Positions 51,769-61,454 of a stretch of 64,000 nucleotides of DNA are shown here, in pieces. Below the pieces are notes generated by a model. It ran no database searches. It was given only the letters and a program-made list of their open reading frames with translations, and was not told where the DNA came from. Numbering within the stretch: position 1 is the stretch's first letter; each line of letters opens with the position of its first letter. The stretch comes from a virus, in the IMG/VR virus record IMGVR_UViG_3300045988_092303. One strand, written 5' to 3'. The position numbers and the translations under genes were made by a program.

Positions 51769-52302
51769 ATGAGCGATATTATCGAATATGCAAAATCTGA
51801 ACTTGATCGCATTCCGAAAGGCGAAGATGGAATGCAGGAAATGATGAATAACAACATTTTGGAGATTCTTGAAAAATTTGCAGATCAGGGGCACAGCGGT
51901 TTTTCTGCCAGCTACGCGATCAGTGTTCTGGAAAGACTGATGAGGTGGAAACCTATTAGCCCACTGACAGGAGAAGAAGATGAATGGATTACGGTATATG
52001 GACAAACAAAGCAGAACAAGAGATGCCCTGGTGTATTTCTTAAGCCGGATGGAACGGCATATGACATTGACGGAATCATTGTAAGTGACAACGGAGGAAT
52101 TACTTGGTTTTCAAGCGGACGATTCCGGAAAGAAATCACATTCCCATACATGCCACCTAGCCATCCAGAGAAAGTGTATATCGAGTATACGGAGGATGTA
52201 CCGCCGGGGTTTACAGGCGATAAATACGACATTATCACCGACGATAAAGAACGCATCAGAGCGTTATATGAGAGGAAAAGAAAAGAGTTTGATGAGGCAT
52301 AG
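51769..52302 (+). CDS. hypothetical protein
   Basis: 177-aa ORF. Confidence 0.45.
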   Translation: MSDIIEYAKSELDRIPKGEDGMQEMMNNNILEILEKFADQGHSGFSASYAISVLERLMRWKPISPLTGEEDEWITVYGQTKQNKRCPGVFLKPDGTAYDIDGIIVSDNGGITWFSSGRFRKEITFPYMPPSHPEKVYIEYTEDVPPGFTGDKYDIITDDKERIRALYERKRKEFDEA

Positions 52303-52518
52303 AAGTGAAGTAGGCTGGTGCGACAAGTCCCAGCCGAGAAAGAGAAAAAGAAAGGAATAACGAATCCTCGGTAAACCGAGGTTGCGCAATGGGTAAAGTA
52401 AAACAGAATTGCGCACAAAGCATAGTAAAATGAGTTCCGCGCAAGACCGGATTAAAGTATGCTAAAAAACGCTTGCTGACTATGTTATCCACGATACATG
52501 GATTTGTAACGTGGTGTT

Positions 52519-53265
52519 ATGACAAAAAAGAAACTAAAGGTATGTTGGATAAGTGCAGGAATATCTAGTTTTATGGCTGGATATCTTGCTGGAGATGTAG
52601 ACGAATGGATATACATTGACATTGCAGACCAACATCCAGACAGCATGAGATTTATCAAAGATTGCGAAAAGGCTATCGGAAAAGAGATAAAGATTTTGAA
52701 GTCAAGCGAGTACAATTCTGTTGAGGATTGCATAAGAACGGCTGGATTTATTGGAAATTACAGAACAGGAATAAATCCATGTACTAATTGGCTGAAAAAG
52801 CGGATTCGTAAAGAATGGGAAGAACGACACAAAGATTGTGAGATTACTTATGTGTGGGGATTTGACCTTAAGGAAACTGAAAGGGCTGAAAGAACCATTG
52901 AAGCTAATCCACAGGCGCAACATGAATTTCCATTGATTGACAGAGGATTGTCGAAAGAAGAGGTACACGGATTGTTTGAACGGACTTTTGATTTTGCCCG
53001 ACCAAAGATGTACGAACTTGGATATGCGAACAATAATTGCGTCGGCTGTGTAAAAGGCGGCATGGGTTATTGGAACCATATCAGAAAGGATTTTCCGGAA
53101 GTCTTTGAAAGTCGGGCGAAGTTGGAAAGAGAAGTTGGTTATTCAATCCTTAAGGACGGAAAAGGTAATCCGGTATATCTGGATGAACTTGAACCGAACA
53201 GAGGTAACATGAACACAGAGATTTTCCCGGAATGCGGGATCATGTGCTACTTGGCACAGAAATAA
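52519..53265 (+). CDS. PAPS-reductase-like / PP-loop (adenine nucleotide alpha-hydrolase) protein
   Basis: N-terminal VCWISAGISSFMA (degenerate SGGxDS), PCTNWLKKRIRK, C-terminal NNCVGCVKGG, as in phage PAPS-reductase/DndC-like proteins. Confidence 0.5.
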   Translation: MTKKKLKVCWISAGISSFMAGYLAGDVDEWIYIDIADQHPDSMRFIKDCEKAIGKEIKILKSSEYNSVEDCIRTAGFIGNYRTGINPCTNWLKKRIRKEWEERHKDCEITYVWGFDLKETERAERTIEANPQAQHEFPLIDRGLSKEEVHGLFERTFDFARPKMYELGYANNNCVGCVKGGMGYWNHIRKDFPEVFESRAKLEREVGYSILKDGKGNPVYLDELEPNRGNMNTEIFPECGIMCYLAQK

Positions 53266-53320
53266 CAGAAAGGAGCCGGGACCTATCCGGATAAAAGGCG
53301 CGCCGGGTTCCTTTCAAAAA

Positions 53321-54145
53321 ATGAAAACAAAATGTGAGATTTATCGTGATTCGATGCAGAATTACAAAAAATACGGAATACCTAAAGCACAGCTTGTTAT
53401 TGCAGATGTGCCGTATAACCTGGGAAACAATATGTACGGCAGTAACCCTATGTGGTATGTCGGTGGTGACAATAAAAATGGAGAGAGCAAGCTGGCCGGA
53501 AAAGCGGCGTTCAATTCCGACTTCAACTTCAATCTCTATGAGTATTTCCATTTCTGCAGCAAGATGCTGAAAAAAGAGCCAAAGGAAAAAGGAAAAGCGC
53601 CATGCATGATTGTGTTCTGCAGTTTTCAACAAATACCGACCATGCTCAAAGCAGCAGAAAAACACGGATTCAGGAATAGTATACATGTTACATTCTGCAA
53701 AAATTATTCTGCGCAGGTGCTTAAAGCAAATATGAGGGTAGTGGGAGCTACAGAACATGCGCTTATCCTGTACCGAGACAAGCTGCCAAAGTTCAACAAT
53801 AACGGAAAGATGATATTTGACTGGATGCCGTGGGAAAAAGACCCGGATGGCAAGTATCCGAAAATTCATCCAACGCAGAAGCCAGTATGTCTGCTAAAAA
53901 AGCTAATTAAGATTTTTACGGATGAAGGGGATGTGGTAATCGACCCGTGTTGTGGCAGTGGCAGCACACTTCGGGCGGCAATGGAGCTTGGCAGGCCGTG
54001 TTATGGATTCGAGATTGATCGGAATTTCTATGAACGAGCAAAAAATGAAATGCTCGTGGAGAATTACGGCGAGGTTTCCATGCGAGCTGCAGACAAAAGT
54101 ACGGGACAGCAGAATATCTTCGATATGTTGGATGGGGTGATGTAA
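53321..54145 (+). CDS. DNA methyltransferase (beta-class N6A/N4C)
   Basis: Motif IV IADVPYN near the N-terminus; motif I VVIDPCCGSGSTLRAA near the C-terminus. Confidence 0.8.
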   Translation: MKTKCEIYRDSMQNYKKYGIPKAQLVIADVPYNLGNNMYGSNPMWYVGGDNKNGESKLAGKAAFNSDFNFNLYEYFHFCSKMLKKEPKEKGKAPCMIVFCSFQQIPTMLKAAEKHGFRNSIHVTFCKNYSAQVLKANMRVVGATEHALILYRDKLPKFNNNGKMIFDWMPWEKDPDGKYPKIHPTQKPVCLLKKLIKIFTDEGDVVIDPCCGSGSTLRAAMELGRPCYGFEIDRNFYERAKNEMLVENYGEVSMRAADKSTGQQNIFDMLDGVM

Positions 54146-54903
54146 TGGATTTTGGCTACTACAACATGGACTGCATAGACGGAATGAAAGAGTTCCCAGA
54201 CAAATATTTTGATCTGGCAGTTGTTGACCCGCCGTATTTCTCTGGACCTGAACGCAGAGGATTCTATGGGAGAAAAATCTCTCCCATAGGTGTCCAACGG
54301 ATATATGAAAAATCAGAATGTTGGCAAGTGCCGGATGAAGATTACTTCAAAGAATTGTTCCGGGTATCAAAGGAGCAGATCATCTGGGGATGCAATTATT
54401 TTGAATACCAATTCGCACCGGGAAGAATTGTATGGGATAAGTGTAACGGCAATAGTGATTTTTCGGATTGCGAGATTGCTTACTGCAGTATGCATGATTC
54501 TGTGAGATTGTTCCGGTACATGTGGAACGGGATGTTCCAGGGAAAATCCATAAGTGAAGGGCATATCCAGCAGGGAAACAAAAAGTTGAATGAGAAGCGG
54601 ATACACCCAACGCAGAAGCCAAAAGTTTTGTATGACTGGATTTTCGGCAGATATGCAAAGCCAGGGCAGAAGCTATTAGATACTCACGTCGGAAGCGCAA
54701 GCAGTCTTATGGCAGCTCATGACGCCGGACTGCAGTATGTGGGATTTGAGAAGGATCCGTATTATTACGATCTGTCAAAAAATAGACTTGAACAGCATGA
54801 GGTGCAATTGAGTTTAACTCAACTTAACTTAATTAACGAATTGGAGGATGGAAAGGAGAATGAGTATGAACGTATACATCAGCGGCCCTATGCGGGGCAT
54901 TGA
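54145..54903 (+). CDS. DNA methyltransferase (beta-class N6A/N4C)
   Basis: Motif IV LAVVDPPYF; IHPTQKP; motif I LLDTHVGSASSLMAA. Confidence 0.8.
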   Translation: MDFGYYNMDCIDGMKEFPDKYFDLAVVDPPYFSGPERRGFYGRKISPIGVQRIYEKSECWQVPDEDYFKELFRVSKEQIIWGCNYFEYQFAPGRIVWDKCNGNSDFSDCEIAYCSMHDSVRLFRYMWNGMFQGKSISEGHIQQGNKKLNEKRIHPTQKPKVLYDWIFGRYAKPGQKLLDTHVGSASSLMAAHDAGLQYVGFEKDPYYYDLSKNRLEQHEVQLSLTQLNLINELEDGKENEYERIHQRPYAGH

Positions 54904-55153
54904 CAACTACTATGAAAATTTCCAGATAGCAGAAAGAAAGATCAAAGAGTACGGGCACCGGGTAGCTAATCCGGCAGATCTTGATGTTGAAGGACTTACT
55001 AGAGAACAGATGCTTAATGTAGACTTTGCGATGATGAATCTGTGCGACGCGATCTATATGCTGAAAGGCTGGGAAAATTCCTGCGGAGCTAATCGGGAAT
55101 ATGGATATGCACTTGGCAAAGGAATGGATATCATGTTTGAGAGTGACAAGTAA
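54866..55153 (+). CDS. DUF4406 / nucleoside 2-deoxyribosyltransferase-like protein
   Basis: MNVYISGPMRG...NPADL...CDAIYMLKGWENSCGANREYGYA. Confidence 0.6.
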   Translation: MNVYISGPMRGIDNYYENFQIAERKIKEYGHRVANPADLDVEGLTREQMLNVDFAMMNLCDAIYMLKGWENSCGANREYGYALGKGMDIMFESDK

Positions 55154-55173
55154 ACAGCGGGGAGGCAAAGCTA

Positions 55174-55344
55174 ATGGAGAAACTTAAACCGTGCCCGTTC
55201 TGCGGGGGAAAGAGTATACATATTTGGAGAACAAGCACGCCTTGGGTATCATGTAATAACTGCCTTGCAAATACAGCCTGTGCGCTGACAGAGGAAGAAG
55301 CAGTTAAGTATTGGAATAGGAGGGTAAATGATGAGGCTGATTGA
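55174..55344 (+). CDS. Lar-like restriction alleviation zinc-ribbon protein (56 aa)
   Basis: MEKLKPCPFCGGKSIHI...SCNNC...EEEAVKYWNRR; below the track cutoff. Confidence 0.55.
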   Translation: MEKLKPCPFCGGKSIHIWRTSTPWVSCNNCLANTACALTEEEAVKYWNRRVNDEAD

Positions 55345-55603
55345 TGCAGATCTGCTGATTGAGGGCAGAGTTGAGAATGATCCGGTAGTTATAGCTGCGA
55401 GATGCGCACCGACTGCCTACGATCTGGACAAGGTTGTGGAACAGTTGGAAGAACGGACAACATTCCTGAAGGAATGCACAAAATATGGGAACAAGGATGC
55501 GGAACAGCAGGAAAAGTCATATGCCACCATGATGATGTATGAAGTTGCATACTTGGTAGATGATCTGCTGGAAATCGTGAAAGGAGGTGGAGTAGATGGT
55601 TAA
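55328..55603 (+). CDS. hypothetical protein
   Basis: 91-aa ORF. Confidence 0.4.
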   Translation: MMRLIDADLLIEGRVENDPVVIAARCAPTAYDLDKVVEQLEERTTFLKECTKYGNKDAEQQEKSYATMMMYEVAYLVDDLLEIVKGGGVDG

Positions 55604-55823
55604 TTTTAGCGGATTCGATAGGGGTGTGATCGGGAAGCCGCTTCCGGCTGATTCTACGCTTAATAACATGAAAAAATACCAGCTGATCGAGCTATTGCAT
55701 ATTGCGGAGAGTAACCATAAGGTGCTGGTTGATGCCTATGACAATGCAGTTAATACCAACAAGTGCAATAGCTGTCCAATTATGCAGGCGGCGAAAAAAA
55801 TGAGGTGCGAAGATGAGGTTTGA
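55596..55823 (+). CDS. hypothetical protein
   Basis: 75-aa ORF. Confidence 0.35.
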   Translation: MVNFSGFDRGVIGKPLPADSTLNNMKKYQLIELLHIAESNHKVLVDAYDNAVNTNKCNSCPIMQAAKKMRCEDEV

Positions 55824-55963
55824 CAGATTCGACTTTCTGGTTGATATACAAGATGTATATATTCTTCCAACAATCAGAATAAGCACACAGTATGAAATGA
55901 TTGATAAAAATTTCAACATTCAGATTCATTTTGCAGTATTTCATTTTAGATGGAGGTGGGTAG

Positions 55964-56701
55964 ATGGCAATTAAACAGATTCTGATGAGAACCGAAATGG
56001 TGAGAGCAATTCTGGACGGGCGGAAGACCTGCACACGGAGGATTGTGAAATCTACACCATCTTTCTTTGAAGTGAATGAAAAACCGGTATATCTATATGA
56101 CACGGAGCCATCAATGGGGAAAATTTATCCACCATGCCAGCCGGGAGATATCTTGTATGTCCGGGAAACATGGGGTATCAGCAATATGGACGATGAAAGC
56201 AAGATGGCCTATATAGTATATCGAGCATCTGAAGAGCAGGAAAACGAAGGCTGTCGAGAAGTGCATCTCCCAGATGAAAAATTTGAAAAGATGTATGAAT
56301 CTATGGTGGAAAGTGAACCAGAATGGCGCCCATCCATCCACATGCCCAAAGAGGCAGCTCGTATCTGGCTGAAGGTTACGGATGTGAGGGTGGAGCGGTT
56401 GCAGGATATGACAGATGATGATGCAGAAGCAGAGGGAATGCCAGACAGCTTTGATTATCCAGTTGATAAGGCATATTGCCCATTGTGCAAAGGGGAAGGA
56501 ATAATCGGCACTGTAGATGTTCATTCGCTTGGACATATGGATGTTGACTGCCCGTACTGCGACAGCTACCGAAAGAGATTTGAAAATTTGTGGAACAGCA
56601 TTAACCAAAAGTGCCTTGACTGCTACGGATGGGATGCAAACCCGTGGGTCTGGGTGATCGAGTTTGAGCGGTGTGAGAAACCGAAGGAGGTAGAAGAATG
56701 A
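55964..56701 (+). CDS. ASCH-like domain protein with C-terminal Cys cluster
   Basis: ILMRTEMVRAILDGRKTCTRRIVK...PGDILYVRETW; later CPLCKG...CPYC. Confidence 0.5.
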   Translation: MAIKQILMRTEMVRAILDGRKTCTRRIVKSTPSFFEVNEKPVYLYDTEPSMGKIYPPCQPGDILYVRETWGISNMDDESKMAYIVYRASEEQENEGCREVHLPDEKFEKMYESMVESEPEWRPSIHMPKEAARIWLKVTDVRVERLQDMTDDDAEAEGMPDSFDYPVDKAYCPLCKGEGIIGTVDVHSLGHMDVDCPYCDSYRKRFENLWNSINQKCLDCYGWDANPWVWVIEFERCEKPKEVEE

Positions 56702-56949
56702 AATATACGATTGAGACAACGGAAGATGGATGGGTTGAAACGTTGGAGATCAGCGGTCATTCCTACGAGAAAAACTGGAAGAGGCGTAGCAGTGGTTGTT
56801 ATCGGTGTGAAGAGGGAGATTTTACTGATCGCATAATTGCCGATGGATACGCACCTGATTATTTGGGAGATGATCTGTATGAAGTTATTGATGAAAGCCC
56901 AAATGGGCTAGATATGCACAACTTAGTGCGTGATTATCTGGAGGAATGA
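56698..56949 (+). CDS. hypothetical protein
   Basis: 83-aa coupled ORF. Confidence 0.4.
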   Translation: MKYTIETTEDGWVETLEISGHSYEKNWKRRSSGCYRCEEGDFTDRIIADGYAPDYLGDDLYEVIDESPNGLDMHNLVRDYLEE

Positions 56950-57368
56950 CTATGAAAGAGATTCTTTTCCGTGGTAAGCGGATTGATAACGGCGAGTGGG
57001 TAGAAGGTTATTATGTAAAAGCACTGGATATGTATGATAAGGAAATACATGTAATTTTCGACACAACGGCAACTTTTTACTCATTTGGAGAAACATCTGG
57101 TTTTGAATTAGTTGACGCTGAAACAATCTGCCAGTGCACTGGATTGACCGATAAGTGTGGCAACAAGATCTGGGAAGGCGATATTATGCGAGAAATATAT
57201 TGTCCGCATCATCCATACGAAGTTATTTGGGATGATGAACAAGGCGGATGGGCGTTAGGAATTGATCATGAGCCATTATATTACATTGGTAGCGAAAGCG
57301 GCGAGAAACACGAAGTAATAGGAAACGTATATGACAACCCGGAATTGTTGGAGAAAAGTAATGAATGA
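56946..57368 (+). CDS. YopX-family protein
   Basis: KEILFRGKRIDNGEWVEGYY...IGNVYDNPELLE. Confidence 0.75.
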   Translation: MTMKEILFRGKRIDNGEWVEGYYVKALDMYDKEIHVIFDTTATFYSFGETSGFELVDAETICQCTGLTDKCGNKIWEGDIMREIYCPHHPYEVIWDDEQGGWALGIDHEPLYYIGSESGEKHEVIGNVYDNPELLEKSNE

Positions 57369-57714
57369 GAATGAAGTAGAAATCCTGTTGAGAGATATGC
57401 AGGAGTATCGTGAATTAACAAACCGTGTGAAAGCCATCTATGGAGATCAGATGACTCTAAAAGATATGGTGGATGTAATGGAACGTATCATCCGGGAGCC
57501 GGGCAGAAAAGATCCGGTCAATGCCAGAATCCTTACATACGATGAATCTGCCATGTGGGATGAATATAGAAAAGTCGGAACACCAGAAGAATGCTTGCGG
57601 AATAAAGACTTCTTGGATTTTCTTTCGGATGAGATGGATCCTGACGATTATGAGATGTATTTGCGCATATATAATTCGCTTGATGAGAAAGGAGACGGCC
57701 ATGACGGAGAATGA
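57361..57714 (+). CDS. hypothetical protein
   Basis: ATG 57361; contains a GTPEEC motif shared with the next ORF. Confidence 0.4.
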   Translation: MNENEVEILLRDMQEYRELTNRVKAIYGDQMTLKDMVDVMERIIREPGRKDPVNARILTYDESAMWDEYRKVGTPEECLRNKDFLDFLSDEMDPDDYEMYLRIYNSLDEKGDGHDGE

Positions 57715-58129
57715 AGCACTCGAAAGCGCATTGAAAAAAATAATCGCACAGGAAAAGTCTGATTGGGGATATATAGAAAACTTTGATGTTGATGAGAATT
57801 GGGCGGTAAGAACAGCTATTGAACATGTGAAGCAGTACAGGAAGATCGGTACAGTGAGGGCACTGAAAGAAGCAGCTAAGTATCTGGGATTAGTTAAGAT
57901 ACACGGAACTGTCGGAAAAGCTATTGAGGCATGTGCAGCCTATGAAGAGATCGGTACGCTTGAAGAATGTCGGGAGGCTATGGAAAAACAGAGAAGGAAG
58001 CTTGTGAAAAATCCATATGGAACAAGTTATATCTGGAAAGCTGGTTATTGCCCTGTATGCGACTGCGGAGTTACAGCAAGATGGGATTATTGCCAATGCT
58101 GCGGGCAGAAATTAAGCTGGGAGGATTAA
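57701..58129 (+). CDS. hypothetical protein with C-terminal zinc ribbon
   Basis: IGTLEECREAMEKQ; CPVCDCG...CQCCGQ. Confidence 0.4.
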   Translation: MTENEALESALKKIIAQEKSDWGYIENFDVDENWAVRTAIEHVKQYRKIGTVRALKEAAKYLGLVKIHGTVGKAIEACAAYEEIGTLEECREAMEKQRRKLVKNPYGTSYIWKAGYCPVCDCGVTARWDYCQCCGQKLSWED

Positions 58130-58131
58130 CT

Positions 58132-58266
58132 ATGGATCCTGATTATGATTACTGCTACGAATGCACCGGATACGGTGATAACTACTATGAAAACGAGGAC
58201 GGCGAGATGATTTGCAGGTGTTTTGAATGTCCATTTTTTAATAGTGGAGGTGATTTTTATGAATGA
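58132..58266 (+). CDS. small Cys-rich protein
   Basis: MDPDYDYCYECTGYGD...CRCFECPFF. Confidence 0.35.
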   Translation: MDPDYDYCYECTGYGDNYYENEDGEMICRCFECPFFNSGGDFYE

Positions 58267-58441
58267 TGAAACAAAAGAAGAAATCAAAGCGGTTCTTACA
58301 TTATTAAAACATACGCTTGTCAAAAATGGTGTGAGCATGGGAAACAGCGGGAAAAAACTGTTATTTTTTAGCACAAATCACTATGTGGCTACTGGAAAAT
58401 TTGATGGATTCAGTGTAGAAATGGATAGTTTGGTGAAATAA
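58259..58441 (+). CDS. hypothetical protein
   Basis: GGAGGTG RBS then ATG 58259. Confidence 0.4.
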   Translation: MNDETKEEIKAVLTLLKHTLVKNGVSMGNSGKKLLFFSTNHYVATGKFDGFSVEMDSLVK

Positions 58442-58455
58442 ATGTTAAGAAGTAA

Positions 58456-58812
58456 AGAAGAACGAGCAAGAATGGAGGGTATGGCGCAGGCAGTCGTACT
58501 TGCGCAAGAAAACTTTATTCCATCAACCATCCTAACATAAAGGATTATACAAAAATTTGTCCTATATGTAAAAAGGCATTTAATGCTAAAAGAGGAGGAC
58601 ATTTCAATGATGCTGTGTATTGTAGCAGAAAATGTAAAAATTTATCTTGTTCCCCGATTTGGGAGTATAAAGGAGAATCACACAGAGTTATTGAATGGGC
58701 TGAAATAGTAGGTATAAATGCACACTGCTTGTTGCACAGAAAAAAATTGGGATGGACTATTGAGGATATATTGACAATCCCATTGAAAGGCAGGAGAAAT
58801 GTCGAATATTAA
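58456..58812 (+). CDS. zinc-ribbon + HNH-like-family C-terminal HTH fragment, no canonical start
   Basis: Open frame encodes CPICKKAFNAKRGGHFNDAVYCSRKC then HRVIEWAEIVGINAHCLLHRKKLGWTIEDIL (same HTH as 39513 and 46684 paralogs). Only GTG 58615 is available. Confidence 0.4.
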   Translation, partial: RRTSKNGGYGAGSRTCARKLYSINHPNIKDYTKICPICKKAFNAKRGGHFNDAVYCSRKCKNLSCSPIWEYKGESHRVIEWAEIVGINAHCLLHRKKLGWTIEDILTIPLKGRRNVEY

Positions 58813-59389
58813 TTATAAAAAACTGTATGCAATAAAAGAAAATAACCGGAAGCGAATACTAAAGGTTTGTCCGGATATGAAAAATCAAAGCGGTATTTAC
58901 TTCTACACAAGAGAAGATGAAAACGGAATATCGTACTTCTATATCGGCCAAAGTGTTGATTGTTTAGAGAGAAACATTTCTCATCTATCTGGATATCAGC
59001 ATATAGACTTGTCAATTAAAAAGAGAGGGTTTTATAGCGAAGATAATCCGTATGGGTGGAAACTTAATTTTATTCATTATCCAGAAAGGGAGCTTGATAG
59101 ATGGGAACAATATTGGATTTTGGTATATACAAAGAAAGGTTATCAATGTAGATATAACAAGACATCTGGTGGTCAAGGGGATGGGAAAGAGAAAATAAAT
59201 GAATTTAAACCATCAAAGGGCTACAGAGACGGGATTCAGCAGGGCAGAAAGAATATGGCTAGGGAATTATCATCTATCGCAGAAAAGCACCTTAAAATCG
59301 AATTGAGAGCAGACAAGGCTAATAATAAGGTGTCACAGAAACAGTATGGCAAATTTATGGATTTGTTGAAAGAAGGGAATTCAGAGTGA
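58799..59389 (+). CDS. GIY-YIG nuclease-domain protein
   Basis: SGIYFYTREDENGISYFYIGQSVDCLER...REL.RWEQYWI. Confidence 0.7.
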   Translation: MSNINYKKLYAIKENNRKRILKVCPDMKNQSGIYFYTREDENGISYFYIGQSVDCLERNISHLSGYQHIDLSIKKRGFYSEDNPYGWKLNFIHYPERELDRWEQYWILVYTKKGYQCRYNKTSGGQGDGKEKINEFKPSKGYRDGIQQGRKNMARELSSIAEKHLKIELRADKANNKVSQKQYGKFMDLLKEGNSE

Positions 59390-59601
59390 TAACTGAACGA
59401 GATGAATGCTGCGGTTGTGCAACGGAATCGTATCCTTGCCTGGGGGATAGTTGTCCTAGAAGACATACGGTGGTGCTGATCTACGACGAGTGTGGGGATG
59501 AAGTAGAAAAATTATACAAAGTGGACGGAATGCAGTTATGTAGCCGATGCACTTTGAATGAACTGGAGGAAGTTGATTATGAAAGAGAAAGAGGCTATTG
59601 A
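59386..59601 (+). CDS. small Cys-rich protein
   Basis: ECCGCATESYPCLGDSCPRRH...CSRC. Confidence 0.35.
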   Translation: MITERDECCGCATESYPCLGDSCPRRHTVVLIYDECGDEVEKLYKVDGMQLCSRCTLNELEEVDYERERGY

Positions 59602-60040
59602 ATATCTGAAAACAAAATATTTGCACCCAGATAGTCCGGCTAATCCGTCAAAAGAGCTATGCATTATGCATAACGAGGCTCTTGATTTGGCAATTGCAGC
59701 CTTGAAAGAAGAGGATAAGCGGAAGAAAAAGAGTGTTACGTTAGAGCAGATCAAGGAAATTGTTGACTATTTGAATCAAGTATGCGGAACGAGATACAAA
59801 TACAATAACAAGCAGACACAATCTTACATAAATGCCAGATTCTCCGAAGGATATACGATGGAAGATTTCAAGAACGTGATCGACAAAAAGGCAAAGGAAT
59901 GGAAAGGTACGCAGTTTGAGCAGTTTTTGAAGCCTGGAACGCTGTTTTGCACCAAATTTGAGGGATACGTCAATCAGAAAGAGAAAGTCTTCAGGCCAAA
60001 AGGACAGCAGGATATTTTAGGCGAGTGGAGGGATAGCTGA
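59579..60040 (+). CDS. phage conserved C-terminal domain protein (Phg_2220_C / DnaD-associated)
   Basis: IVDYLNQVCGTRYKYNNKQTQSYINARFSEGYTMEDFKNVIDKKAKEW...FLKPGTLFCTKFEGYVNQ. Confidence 0.7.
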   Translation: MKEKEAIEYLKTKYLHPDSPANPSKELCIMHNEALDLAIAALKEEDKRKKKSVTLEQIKEIVDYLNQVCGTRYKYNNKQTQSYINARFSEGYTMEDFKNVIDKKAKEWKGTQFEQFLKPGTLFCTKFEGYVNQKEKVFRPKGQQDILGEWRDS

Positions 60041-60591
60041 TGACCAGAGAAGAGACACAAAATCTTTTGGCAATGATGCAGGCAGCATATCAGAATTACA
60101 ATCCACCTAGCAAAACAGCAGCGGTAAATGTCTGGCATATGATGTTGCAGGACTTTGACTGGAAGCTTGTGCAGGCAGCATTTGTGGCTTTTGCCAGAGA
60201 GAACGCCAGCGGATTTCCGCCATCTCCCGGTCAGATCATCGAAAAAATCCAATTGCTCACTAAACCAGAAGATTTGAATGAAATGGAAGCATGGGCATTG
60301 GTAAGTAAGGCTATAAGAAGAAGTGGTTATAATAGCCGAGAGGAATACGCAAAGCTGCCGGAATCAGTTCAGAAAGCTGTAGGTTCCTCAAATCAGTTGT
60401 GCGCTTGGGCAATGGATACAGAATACAATGAAAGTGTTGTGAGCAGCCACTTTGTACGGTGCTACAGGACAATTGTTGAGCGAGAAAACACAATTGCAAA
60501 GATGCCGGAAAATATCCGGAAACTTATCGGGGAAGTGAATCATAAATTGGATGGAATAATCTGTGGACCTGCTAAGTTAGAAGAAAAATAA
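60040..60591 (+). CDS. replicative helicase loader-like protein (G40P loader/inhibitor family)
   Basis: LLAMMQAAYQNY...NVWHMMLQDFDWKLVQAAFVAFARENASGFPPSPGQII. Confidence 0.6.
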   Translation: MTREETQNLLAMMQAAYQNYNPPSKTAAVNVWHMMLQDFDWKLVQAAFVAFARENASGFPPSPGQIIEKIQLLTKPEDLNEMEAWALVSKAIRRSGYNSREEYAKLPESVQKAVGSSNQLCAWAMDTEYNESVVSSHFVRCYRTIVERENTIAKMPENIRKLIGEVNHKLDGIICGPAKLEEK

Positions 60592-60645
60592 ATATCGGAA
60601 GGAGTAGGGAGGTTTGTCCGGACAATAAAGCTAGCTTTACTCTGA

Positions 60646-61131
60646 ATGATTATGAAAAACCAGAAGGAATACAGTGCAAAGTTGTATAGAACGCGGAAAG
60701 AAAACGGATTATGTCCGAGGTGTGGAAAGCCAATGGACCGGAAAGGTTGTCTTTGTTCAAACTGTTTAGAGAAAGATAGGGAATACCGTAGGGAAAACAG
60801 AAAATTTTGCAGGGAACATAAAATTTGTCCGATGTGCCAAAAGGAAAAATTGTTTGGCAATGAAAAGCAGTGTGTATTGTGCAGAGCTCATTATTATGAT
60901 TACCGCCAAAAAAATCCTGTATCGAAAGAAAAAAAGCGGATATACAATGCAACTTTTAGAGAGAAACAAAATAAACTATACTCTGAAAGAATTGCAAGCG
61001 GTATATGTACACGCTGCGGAAAATTAAAAGTTGTTCCAGGCAGAAAAAAGTGCAAGATCTGCCTTGAAAAAGATATGATTTTGCGCAGAAATAGGAGGGC
61101 TTATGAGGTCGAACTTCAACAGACTAAGTAA
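60646..61131 (+). CDS. multi-CxxC zinc-ribbon protein
   Basis: Repeated CPRCGK...CSNC, CPMC...CVLC, CTRCGK...CKIC modules. Confidence 0.45.
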   Translation: MIMKNQKEYSAKLYRTRKENGLCPRCGKPMDRKGCLCSNCLEKDREYRRENRKFCREHKICPMCQKEKLFGNEKQCVLCRAHYYDYRQKNPVSKEKKRIYNATFREKQNKLYSERIASGICTRCGKLKVVPGRKKCKICLEKDMILRRNRRAYEVELQQTK

Positions 61132-61438
61132 GCCGGAAGTTGATTTTTTGTTAGATAACTGTAATTTTTCTGAAGAAGAGGAAATACTTTTAAAAATGGC
61201 AAGTGCCGGAAACAGTGATATTCAAATAGCGGAAAAATTGAGTATGTGTGTTTCCAGCATAACAAAGAAAAAGAGGGCAATTATATGTAAGATCATGGAG
61301 TTTTTGGAGGTATCTGGCAATATGACTACAATTTATGTTAATGGAAAAAGAGTCACTAAAGAAGAACTCAAAAAAAATGAAATTCAGATAGAGGCAGTCA
61401 AAAAAATTCTATCCGAGAAATTGACGAAAAATAAATAA
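61103..61438 (+). CDS. sigma-70 region-4 / LuxR-type HTH regulator
   Basis: LSKPEVDFLLDNCNFSEEEEILLKMASAGNSDIQIAEKLSMCVSSITKKKRAI. Confidence 0.55.
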   Translation: MRSNFNRLSKPEVDFLLDNCNFSEEEEILLKMASAGNSDIQIAEKLSMCVSSITKKKRAIICKIMEFLEVSGNMTTIYVNGKRVTKEELKKNEIQIEAVKKILSEKLTKNK

Positions 61439-61454
61439 AATTGTAGAATATGGC

